Shown here piece by piece: positions 51,069 to 62,586 of a stretch of 64,000 bases of DNA (its first letter is position 1; every line of letters starts with the position of its first letter). The stretch comes from Hydrolagus colliei (taxonomy: Eukaryota). The position numbers were made by a program, and so were the translations under genes. The notes under the pieces are model-generated. The model searched no databases, was not told the DNA's origin, and saw nothing but the letters and a program-made list of their open reading frames with translations. Location of the stretch: the NCBI GenBank assembly GCA_035084275.1, contig CM068755.1, forward strand, positions 12,338,001-12,402,000. The letters are read 5' to 3'.

Positions 51069-53557
51069 TTTAAGACTCGCCTTGTGGCTTACGTTATTTG
51101 TATCATTGCTCAAATTATTCACAGCAAAATAAAATTGATTGAAATATGTAATGCAGTAGTTTGCAATTGGATTCATTTTCAAATAATCAGTATAGGGCCG
51201 GACATTTTTAAATGAATAGCAATTCAAATGAAATGTTGGAAGAAGCCTATAAATCTAGCATCAATGTTTAAAGTATATTGTAAGTCTTTAGAACATTCCC
51301 TTGAATTTTTTTGGCCTTGCTTTCTGCTCATTCTATCTTCAGTTTTCATGCAAGTTGAAAAAAAAGAATTTAACAGCTGTTATTTGCTTTTTTTTTCTTT
51401 TTGTAGAAACCCGGGTCACAGTTCCTTTGACAATTAGCCAGATCAAAAAACCCCCGGCAATTTCTCTCTCTTCCATTTTTTTTGTCTACACTTTAAAAAA
51501 AATATTGAGACCTTTCCACTTGTTTTCATTTGAAGTTGTTTGATTCAATCACTGTGTCACTGAGGTCATTTAGGCAGCGATAGCTAACTTGCTCATGACT
51601 GAATTTGTTGTTCAGCAGTTTTTTTTGTGTAAAATCTTCCAAAGTGACTATGCAAATGAGGCTTGTGATCTAGATATTTGGGTGATATCATTCAAAATTG
51701 CTGCAAAACTTCAGTTGTTGGAAAACTACAGTCTGGGCTGTTTGGTCTTGAAATGCAGGCAATTGATTATAAAAGGCTGAGAATGAGTTGGCCTCTGTGT
51801 TATTTAGTTGGAAAAATTTGCAGTATGATGTGATAATTATCACCCGTCTCTCTCCACCCCACCCACCCACAACCCCTGTGGATTTAGGGAGTAATATTAC
51901 TTTTGAATAATAAATCAAATCAGCTTTGTATAAAAGCTTGCATTTTGAACTTTTATACAGTAGTCTGAAAGTCAATCAGTGAAGATTACTACCAGAACAA
52001 AGAATGGTTCAAGTGTTTATGAACTATTTATCACCTAATAAATAGACAGCCTGACCAATAATTGGATAGGCAGAAACATTACAAAATAGTGCATCTTACT
52101 TCCTTCCAATAGCTTACAAATCAATTCAAACTGAAATCTTGCAAAGTTACGGAATGCAATTCATTACTACTGAAAAGATTATTATTGAAATGAATAGAAG
52201 CCTACTGATATTCAGCTACAGGTTATTGAAATACTCGTTTCTCATTCAGTGTCCAGAAAGGGAATTGAACGCAGTGTACGAACAGATGCACATAGACACT
52301 CAAACACATATTTCTTTCTCAGCAAGTTTTTTTTTCTGAAGCCAAAGCATTTTAATATTCTATTTGAGACATATTTTAAAAAGTAATTTTTCACTACACT
52401 GTTCCAGTTTTTTTTTGTCAGATTCCAGACTTTACACAAAATGTTAGGAATCCATCTAAGTAATTAAATTCATGGCTATAAGGTACAACTATTTAAAAAA
52501 TGATGAAACATCATTGATTATTTAGACTTTATTCTGCCATCATCTTAATGTTGAAGGTATCGAAGGGCACTGTTTTGTGGATAGCTGATAGAACACTGAC
52601 AATGGACTCAAAGAACATTCTGTAAAAGAAATCCCAAGGTCTTCATTTCTATCCAACATTTTTTTTTAATGGATTTGGCGCAATGTCAGGAATGCATTTA
52701 ATTTAGAAATGCTTTGTGCATCATCCTAAGCAGCTACTGACATTCAATTGATGTTTCTGGGACCCTGAAACTAGGACTGGTTCTGGCGTATGATCTATAC
52801 CTTTAGCTGGATAAAATCTAACATTTTTAGCTGATCAAGGAAACTACTGTTTCGACAAAGGAGGTATCATTTCCAGTAATGCGACTTGCAGAGAATTGAC
52901 CAAACGACTCAACTTTTCGGGGAAAGTTTGATAGGAGGAAGAAAAATTAATTTGCTGAAAATCTTTCCAGTTTCCCAATGCCTCCAGCAGTTTGCTTAAA
53001 CCACACATTCAAGACGGTATCTTTCTATGCTTTAATGGGTAAAATTAGGAAAGTTGGACTTCTGTAAAGTAGTTGAATAATTTGCAATAACTCTCAGCCA
53101 TCAGTGTTGCCCTGGTCATTCAATCACTAGATTGGAGAAGAAGAGCCTAGGGTTATCCTTGGAGGCCACAGAATAAAAGAGACCAAGCCTCCATGTAGAA
53201 AGTATAATGCATTAAATGTTGCACTTCATGCATAACACCATCTGATAGTAGGTACCGAAGTACCTACCTTTAACATCAGATAACCAGGGCATACACCATT
53301 CACTAAGTATTGGAATACGATTGTATACAATACATTTTGTTGCAGGACAAATGATGTTCAGATAATGCCACAAAACATGAGTCTAAACTTGATTTGTTTT
53401 TTAAATATAAAGTCAGAAGGACTGTGGAATTGTTAAACCCACTGAGCTGTCTATTGTTTTACATAATAAAGCGATGCCTATGATCATTTAGGGAGCTCTT
53501 GAAAATAATCTGCTTGCTGTTATGCCACTTAAACTCCCAATATGAATTGCAAGGATT

Positions 53558-53698
53558 TATTATTATCATTATTGATATAGTGCCTTTCACTCCAGGGGAC
53601 AGTCTCTAAGCGCTTCACAGCATTTACCTTAAAATGCAGTGATTGTATTTTGAAGGCAAACTCAGTAGCCGATTTGTGCATAGCAATGTCCCACAATA
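53558..53698 (-). mobile_element. SINE 3' part
   Basis: GATATAGTGCCTTTCAC...GTCTCTAAGCGCTTCACAG...GCCGATTTGTGCATAGCAATGTCCCACAA. Confidence 0.82.
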
Positions 53699-55257
53699 GA
53701 AGTACTGCACCTTTTGACTGAAAGTCACTCTCAACACTATGATGCCTCTCAGCGCAGCTGTACATTTAATGGTCATGAAGCTCAATAATTAGCAGCTGAC
53801 CGTGTCACTGTAGCACAAATTACCAAAAAGCCATCCATCCAATTTATCTCCACCCTGCGCTGAAAACTTTATTCCTGTTGTGATGTGCCATGATGTTCAT
53901 GTCACAATTAAACTTGTCAGCAGTGTGATACCAATGACAACCATTTCCATTATCTCTCATAATTAAACCTACCATATTGCAGCCACTGGATCAAGAATGA
54001 ATTACAGGAAATCTTTGGACTGTAGAGGTAGCCGGTGATAGCAGAGATTATTATCTAGACAAGAAGGCAGGATAACATACATCATACCCCTACGATGACT
54101 TTTCTTTTCAGGAGTAAGAAAATTGAGGAATGGATCATCCATTGTTTTATGATTAATCATGACCAGTGTTTGATAAGCGTCTGATTAATGCCCCAGTTAT
54201 AGGTCTGACACCGATACCCGCGGCAGAATGGTGCAAGGCGACAGCATCAGCGAATGCAAGTAGCTGAGAAATGAATAGACTGAAACATTTAATGTTAATG
54301 AAGGCAATCAGGATGGAAAAAAGACTACCAGCTCTATACTAACATTAAGCAGTATGTATAAATTTTGTTATTCACCGGTCGCCATTATATGTTGGCTCCA
54401 TGCAGGTGAAGTGACACAGGAACCCCAAGTAGACTCAGACTTCTATAAATGGTGGTACAGGCTCAGTGAGCTGAATGGCTTCCTACTGGTGCTGGTTTCC
54501 TGTGGTCCTATAAGCACAAATGGCTTTCCTTCAACCGCACCTGATTTTGGGAACTTTGAAAATAAAGAAGAGGCAATAAAGTAATTATATGAATAAGGAG
54601 TTCAATCGTATCAGCTTTTCATATGGTATGATTTGAGTGTGAGAGCGTCAGTCAGGAAAGTGAGAGAGGTAAATTAATAATAATCAGAGAGGCCCATAGT
54701 TAACAGGAATTATTTCTAGTGGAGATTATATGTGCTTTGCATATGTTTTCAGTTCCACTGAATATTATTTCCTGCACATTTCTAATGTTGAGCAATGCAT
54801 GGGAGATTTTAAAAAATCTACATCACACCTGAATAATCTCCTGAACTGAAGTATGCAATGTGCAATTCTGATATGACTCTCGTGGGGTTAATATGGTACG
54901 CTTCTTTTTTAAAAATCATTGCACTAATTTCCATGGTTTCGTTTTGTTACTTCTTCAACTTTCCTTAAAGACTTCCAGAACTGCAAGGAGTGGGGGAGGG
55001 TAGTCCAACCATTACCACAGCTCTCATTTTAATCAACTAGTATTCAAATCCCTAGTAAATTATTACTCAGGCGGAAATAGTTGTGATCATTATTTCCCCA
55101 GTGGCTGTTGTTTCGACAATGATGAATCACATATAAAACACTGTCACTGATAAACTTGTGAACTGTGATTGTGTGAGGAAGGTGCAATAATGGGATATGT
55201 GCCTTACATTACCGGGAATCATTCATTAAAGTTCTGGACAAAAAGTGTTAGGACTGG

Positions 55258-55313
55258 AACTTTTTCATTGCGGGATCTAATCTGAATTCTGTGGAGGCAT
55301 AGGTGCAGGTCAG
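55258..55313. repeat. 56-bp segment with a perfect inverted copy at 57312-57367
   Basis: AACTTTTTCATTGCGGGATCTAATCTGAATTCTGTGGAGGCATAGGTGCAGGTCAG is the exact reverse complement of 57312-57367. Confidence 0.95.
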
Positions 55314-57327
55314 CAGCTGCCATGAGCTCCTCTTACATTTATCCAACAATGCAAACTGAACTACAACCTCAGAGAAATATCCATTTAAACCATGCAGGGC
55401 TTGTGGGGGAATGGGAGGGGGGAGTGGAGTGGAGAGACTTTCTGAAATGGATCCAGGATCATTTTTACATCATAATTATTCATTCTAGCCATTAACGATG
55501 AGTATTTTGCCCGTCCCTTTATTTCAAAGATTGATCTTTGACTTAATTATTGGTAATAAGCCAATTTCCCTCCTCGGGCATTAGATGATTTAGTCACCCG
55601 TAATGGATAGCACTCAGGGTAAATAAAACATTGTTCCGAACTACGCATTTGTTTCATTCTGAATGAAATGATTTTAAATGAAACGGATAACATAAGCATT
55701 AGAAACAGAATGCTGAACGACAGGCTGTGGGATACATTCAACCTTTTATTTTTATAGAACATATGGATCCAAACTCACTAACAGGATAAACAAGAGGCAA
55801 AGCTAATGCGGCACCTTGCATTTCGATATCCTCTGTTTGTAGTGGACTTGCTGAATTGTGAGAACTCAGGACAACACACACATCAAAGCGTATATTTTCT
55901 AGTCACAGAGCAACATTTTTCATGCCCAGTTCCCTGCCTTGTAATACTGCCTCACTGCAGTCTAATCAAGCTGCATTCATTACTTTGAATCCAACACCGT
56001 TTATTTTCAAAGAATAAATTTTGCATAATAATCTTCCACCATTTATGATTTAAACCTGCATTAGTAACTGACCACAGTTCTGACCAGATCTACCTAACAG
56101 GATAAAATGACCAATTTTTATCTTTGAAATTTTCCAGAATGGAAGATGGAAACCTGTTTTGCATTCTGATTAATGTGAGCCAGCAGGTATTTGGGGAATG
56201 ACTGATGCAGGCAGCCTGACACGGTGAAAATTATTTCAAAGTTTTTTTTTGTTCTCCCGTCTTTTGAGTCAAAGATATTTCATTGCCACTTAAATTTGAC
56301 CTGGCCTATATCTATCCATTTTCCAGCCAACTGTCATCTAAGCATTCATTTCATAGGAGTGAGGGGTGAGGGGAGGAGGAGAAAAATAGTGTAACTTAAT
56401 AGTTCACTGGAGATTTATTTACCATTGACCGTTGACTGTGAACTTCCTCTTCTCACATATGTGCAGTGTCAGGTAGGGTCAAGGTGCATGTGCCAAAAAG
56501 AAGGGTAAAGCTGTAGCTGAGTACATTGAAACAAGACGCTCAAGGGTAAATTTATGGTTATGCGATCTGAGCCTGGAGGGACCCTTGCTCTAATGCTCTG
56601 TGACCATGAAAACACACTCGCTGATAATGGCTCCTAATGGCACTGCAATGTGACTGCAGTAGGCAGGTGGAGCAGGCACTCTGATGGGAGGGTAGAAACG
56701 GGGGAGGGGTAGGTCATGCTCAAGATGATAGTCTTTCTCTCCTAATTATTGTCTTTTTAGTTGCTCGGTACTGAGTGCCTAGTATTTCATAGGCGATCAG
56801 AAGTAAGCTTTGGGCATGGATCAAATAGCAGGAGCTCTGCTTTTGTTCAGCGAGTTAACTTTAGGTGTCATTTGAGCTTTGCAAACATGCTAATCTGCCA
56901 TTGCTACAGAACAGTGGTATTTTATCAAATTTAGCTATAAGTCATAAAAGGAGAAATGTCACTCCTGTTTATAGAATTTAATACGTGAATATCTGACATG
57001 GATCTTGTGCATATTCTGTTGCTGCACATTGGTAAAGATATTCTTGAAAACATAAGCAACATTATTTAATTAAGGTCGGAAACCAATAAATTGAGACATC
57101 TAAATTATTCCTCAACCTTAGCAGACTTGGATACATTCAGCCATGGTCTAAATGGTTAAATATTTGATCCATTCTTAGAGAGCTTTGCCAGAGGATATGT
57201 AGAAGATTTCATTAGCATATGACAGGTAAAGGGAAATAAGGGAGCAGAAGTGAAGGAATCCACATGAGACCTTATCGACAGCAAGTGATCTACAACCTTA
57301 GACTGTGCCTCCTGACCTGCACCTATG

Positions 57328-57441
57328 CCTCCACAGAATTCAGATTAGATCCCGCAATGAAAAAGTTGGAATGCCTTGGGACATCCTCCACAGAATTCAG
57401 ATTAGATCCCGCAATGAAAAAATTGGAATGCCTTGGGACAT
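57328..57441. repeat. 57-bp tandem duplication (2 copies, 1 mismatch) bounded by CCTCC microhomology
   Basis: Units 57328-57384 and 57385-57441; CCTCC recurs at 57442. Confidence 0.95.
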
Positions 57442-57483
57442 CCTCCCGACGTGAAAGGCACTACACAAATGTTGTTGTTGTTG
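57430..57483 (+). mobile_element. Isolated L2 3' tail
   Basis: GCCTTGGGACATCCTCCCGACGTGAAAGGCACTACACAAATGTTGTTGTTG. Confidence 0.88.
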
Positions 57484-58281
57484 GTGGTGGTGGTGTCAAA
57501 ACGGGCTGATACGATGAAAGAACTGTTGTATACTGTCAGAGGGCTTGAAGGTTTCCAAATGGTTAAGACTTTATTTTCTCGTGGTTGTGAACTTTTACTG
57601 TAGTTCTGCACTACCACGTAACACACTCAGTTTCACCTATCTTTGTAATATTCATGACCTGGAAAGACTTTCACTCTATTGGTATATGTTACCTTCAAAA
57701 ATTACAAGAGGAATCCAAGGTTTCCTTGGAGAATGAAGGACAATTATTGTGCTGACTGTTATCAAGAATTCTTAAAAATCAATGCAGAATATTTATGGCA
57801 AGATGTTCCATTCAGGAGCACTGAGTACATAATTTGTGTATTGAAACTTTCAAGTACCTGGTCCATTTGCACGTTGAAAAATCATTGCGTGTTATATATA
57901 GCTGAAGTTAAAGTTCATGGTACCTACAGAAAGTAAATGCATAACTCAGATTTGTTGGATTTAATTCAATTTTATTGATTCAGTTTGATGAATAACCACG
58001 GTTTACTGTTGTATGGATGCTTCCTAAAACTTTCCTTACTGCAATCCAAAGGCATCTTAATTGGCAAAATAAAATTCAAATCTTTATTAAGTAAGGCTTA
58101 AAATGACAATTCCAGATACACTGCAGTCAGTGCTGTCACTGAACCTGGCAGTTGAGATGGAAGTTCTGGACATAATGTTTATCCATTTACTGCAGTGGGT
58201 TGAATAAAAGCGAAAATGTTATCTCTTAACCTTTATCTCTGCAACATCTTCTATGACTGTGTTTATCTGAACTAAACTAAA

Positions 58282-58560
58282 CAATTGGCTGCCGTGTTTC
58301 ACCCACAAATATACTGTACAGTCAAGTCACTTTACAGTTAAATAAAATTTCATGACACTAATTTGAAAATGGGAGTTTCTCCTCGTATCCTGGTCAACAT
58401 TCCCCCAAACTCAGTCAATGGCTGTTTGTGGGCCATTGCTGTGGCAAATGTTACGTTCACCTACAAAATACACAGTCATTACATACACTAAATCCTGTGA
58501 AGTGCTTTGAGACATCCTCCCTACATGAAAAGCCTTATGTCCAAAACAAGGATTATTATT
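58282..58560 (+). mobile_element. Two adjacent SINE fragments (58282-58338 and DeuSINE 3' half 58369-58560)
   Basis: AATTGGCTGCCGTGTTTCACCCACAAA..CAGTCAAGTCACTTTAC, then GGGAGTTTCTCCTCGTATCCTGGTCAACATT...TGTGAAGTGCTTTGAGACATCC. Confidence 0.8.
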
Positions 58561-60284
58561 ATCTCTGGTATGGTGGACATACTAATGCAGGCTCTTTAGA
58601 CCACCTACTAACTCACTGAACAGAATTTAGAACTATTCCACATTGTGAGCTAGAGATAAAGTAACTGGCACCATGTAACTGTCTCAAAGATAACCTGCTT
58701 CTTTGATCTCAAACAGATGACTGTACATTTTTTAGGATTGTGCATCCCCTTTGCCATATAGACATAAACATTTTTAAATGTCTGGATTCTGGTTGTAATC
58801 TATTTTGCAGCAAGAAGATTCCTTCTTGTGTGATTACAAATCCAGTATATCCCATTTGTAGAGCTAAAGAGCCTGGATATACAGTATAAAGATAAACATT
58901 CAGTTCTTGTCCTCTTATAAATGCTGAAAACAAATTGAATTGAGGGTGTAATGGTACAATGGTAAACAGCAGCACATCTGCCTTCTTGTTCTGTGTTCTG
59001 CAATCACACAGCATGACATGGACTGTTTAGAATTTACATTAAACTGTGAAGATCCGATAGTGCAAATGTAAACAGAGTATTTAACATGTGATGTGACCAC
59101 AGAATAAGAGGGCCAAGTGTAAAATGAATATAAGTTGTGAGAAAACTTACTTTTCTTCCGACAGAGAAATGCATGTGTGGCATAGACAAGTGTCTTTATT
59201 TATCAAATGGAAATGACAATGTTTCTTAACAGATTTGATGTCTTAAGTACCACATCAAAATTCTGTTGAGAAAGATAATAATTTTCACTCCAGTGTGTGA
59301 AAAAAATGAGTTAAATTGGCTTGTCTTGTTCTCTGCTTTCCAACATCCTTTACTTTTTTTCCCCAAAATCCTCCTATGAAGGTGATAACAATGAATTCAG
59401 GTTTATAGGTATTTGAGAGTGAACAAACCTATTGTGGACTTCAAAAGAGGACAATAAACCAAAATATTCTGAAATAATTTAGCCAGTGGGAGCTCACAGG
59501 ATCAATTTGTATATGTTGTAGTAAAACAACAAACAGAATTATAACATATTTGTCTATAACACCTATTATCAATACAGTATGGTCTAAACCTCATCTTTTT
59601 ATGTTTAAAACACAGAGCAGATACGGCAATGCACAGATATAATTAATTACTGCACTTACAATATCAACCTGAAAAAGAACCATAACTCAGTAACAAAATT
59701 CTCACTGCATGATTTCATTATCATTTTTAATCTTACTGAAACAAATTAAAAGCACTTTTTTTGCTGAGGATAAAATAATTTGTTAAACATGATCACACGC
59801 TTTTTCCAAACGACATCAGTTAGCTCTAATACAGTAATATCGAACCTGTGAGCACCAGAACCAAAGGTAGTGAAGTGCAAAACATCTTTAAAAGTCACCG
59901 CTGTAGATTAGACCATTTGAGGTGCTCCTGAGTGCCAATATGATCTCATACTCTGTGGGGTTTGCCCTGTGTCATACTCAACAGAGGACAAAAAGAGAAC
60001 ATAAAATAAATCAGACGCAGCTTTCCCAGTTACACCATAACTAAGAGGCCAACTATGGAATGACACCAATTAGGGCAAATCCTTTGACAAAGCAGCTACA
60101 TTGCACCACTGCATTGACCATATGTGTCGGGTCATCAACATGATTCAGAGTTTAAGACTGAGGAATTGAAGTTATGCTGATAAACTTTTGGCAGTAGTGC
60201 TTTTTAAAAAAAAATTAGCTCTTTCAAAACACCAGTCACAGATTATGCATTCAGCTTTTGGGGAGTTATAGTATCCTTGCGGTG

Positions 60285-60418
60285 TATGCCATGAAAAGGA
60301 TAAACTCCCCTTTATTTTAAACAGCACTATAAGATTTTTAACACCCACCTAACAGGCAGACATGAGGACAGTTTAATGTCTTATCCGAAGGATAGCACCT
60401 TGGACAGTGCAGTAATAC
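60285..60418 (-). mobile_element. Deu-domain fragment
   Basis: AACTCCCC...GATTTTTAACACCCACCT.ACAGGCAGAC...GTTTAATGTCTTATCCGAAGGATAGCACCTTGGACAGTGCAG. Confidence 0.78.
60391..60411 (+). promoter_or_regulatory. RE1/NRSE-like motif within the Deu domain
   Basis: GATAGCACCTTGGACAGTGCA carries the AGCACC-NN-GGACAG core with canonical spacing; the first three and the last position deviate. Confidence 0.35.
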
Positions 60419-62334
60419 TCTAACCCTGTTAATGGTGTCTCAGTTGACAAAATATAGCTCATAGACAACTCAATGGACAATATGAGCATTAGAATACCAC
60501 TAGTTCAATCATTGCTTTTCCCCCATATGACAAAGCAGGAGAAGATACCTTCTACACAACCCTAGTTTTAAAACATGTTGTATTCTGTCCTTCATGTAAC
60601 AAATATCATTACTTTTCAGATCATTAAAAAGCAAGTTTTCTGGGATTCTTAAAACAAAATGAAAGGGAAACAGATTTGAAATTCACATTGCACTTAAGAA
60701 CTTGCCAAATTCTGGTTCCTTTGAAATGTTAGGAAAAGTGATTAAATGTAGACCCAGCTGGAAATCTCTCAAACAGCAAAAAGTCCAGCTATTTACAATT
60801 CCCAATTTATTTAGGTACATTTCATTTTCATTAATGTAATTCAGTAGAAGTTAAGTTGGCAGTTTTACTACATTGACCCATGTGGTTTTGTTACCGGATA
60901 TGTGCCATTAAAAGTTACTAGCCAAATTTATTCTGTAGATTTACGTCCTTTACATTACAGTGGAGTAAACCTGTAGATCAATGGTATTCAAAGAGAAAGC
61001 AAATGAGTCACTGGTCACAATGAGAAGTTTGTTTTTTATAAAGATTGGTTTCTTTGAGAATCCTACAGAAATTTGCGCTTTATAAAATCTTGTACAAAAC
61101 TAGTTGAAACATTTTTTAAGACAAAGTTTTTAAGACAAAGCTTTGTTTGGTGCTCATTCATCTGAAGAAATATTCAGAAATGGATATGTTTTAGCACTAT
61201 GAGTTAAATTGTCACACATGCACGCACATGCTGTATCTGATCCTTTATATAAAAGCTCCTACCTGAAAAATATGTTCATTTGATACAAAATTAATCACAG
61301 ACATCTGCACAGTACATCAAAAGCTGAATCAAGGCACACTTTATGATCAGAAAACCCTGGTGCATTGTGTGCGCACCTGAACAAAAGCCAGAATTGTAAC
61401 CTCAAGACAGCAGGGAAGGGAACACTGCATTCACAAAGGATAACAATTCAAGCTCAAAACAGTAAAGAATTCATCAGCATTTTCCATTTATAAAAATACC
61501 TGCGGCGAGTGTAAATCATGTCATCACAACAGCTTATTTTGAACCGAAACAAAATAATAGTTTGGGAACAAGATCTGAATATTCTGAAGTAGTTTTGGTT
61601 CACACGGTAAAAGAATAATCTGGCAAAGAGAGCTGAGCAGTTTATGTTGGAGGGAAGAAGCACAGACCAGAAAGAATTGACACAGGAGAGAATATTGTTG
61701 ATGAAAGCTTAAGCTGTGAAAATACCCTGTAAAATCCACCTGTGCTCAGATGGAATTGTGCTGGCATTTTGTTTTTGACTGAAATGGGTTTCTATTTTGT
61801 AAATCTATATTTATTGAGAGGTCTATTTATACTAACCAATCTGTGATGAAGCTGCAAACCTTTATTTTCGGATAATGCCAGAAAAAATCTTTCGGACAAA
61901 TGTCAGGAAGTTTAGAAGGTATACATAATGCCATCCAATAAAATTCAGTCAGTGATAAAAGTGCAATGTTCAAAATGCATAATCATCTAAGTTAATTGTT
62001 TGTAACAAATCCTACTAAATTACAAAAATAATGTGGTATATTATATGTTCTCTTGAGTTGCACTTTAACATTGAAGTGAGATCATGCCTTGTGTGGAGTT
62101 GCAAACAATTAAGCTAAGGATTTCAGATATAGGTAAGAGCGATAAATGTAATAAATTTAAATGAATGACTGAAAGTGGATGTAAAGTGGGTCTCAGTTTC
62201 TAATTTGACTGCTTTGGGATAGCCAGTCCTATCTTCACCTGTCTGCATCACATTGATATCATACTGTACAAAACAATTGACTCAATACAGTTAAATATAA
62301 CTGATTGTTGAATAAACAGTTCATCTCATTTTTT

Positions 62335-62490
62335 AAGGGCAACAACTGATGATCAGGTGTACTTCAACAAGTGCAGGCAGCTCTCTGATAACTCACTTTT
62401 CGCATGTTAGCCTGAACAGTAGCAAAGGATTTTTAACCATGCTGTGGATAACGGGTGAACTCAGTCCTGTTTGTACCCAACATCCATATG
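62335..62490 (-). mobile_element. AmnSINE2-like 3' fragment
   Basis: GGCAGCTCTCTGATAACTC..TTCGCATGTTAGCCTGAACAGT...CAGTCCTGT..ACCCAACATCCA. Confidence 0.45.
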
Positions 62491-62537
62491 TATATTGACC
62501 ATAAAATGAATGTTGTTGGTAAAAGCATAGAATTTCA

Positions 62538-62586
62538 TGTCCTCCTGATGTGAAAGGCGCTCTATAAATGTAATTTTGTTGTTGTT
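62538..62586 (+). mobile_element. Isolated L2 3' tail
   Basis: TGTCCTCCTGATGTGAAAGGCGCTCTATAAATGTAATTTTGTTGTTGTT. Confidence 0.88.

Noticed and set aside
57264-57509. ORF with repeated peptide STEFRLDPAMKKLECLGTS
   Set aside because: By-product of the 57-bp tandem duplication.
41243-61140. Short 12-15-bp tandem duplications (e.g. ~41243, ~41618, ~42233, ~61113)
   Set aside because: Ordinary slippage products.
3610-62586. Recurrent palindromic ~36-bp unit superficially like a CRISPR repeat
   Set aside because: Dispersed on both strands, diverged, not regularly spaced; it is the L2/SINE 3' stem-loop.
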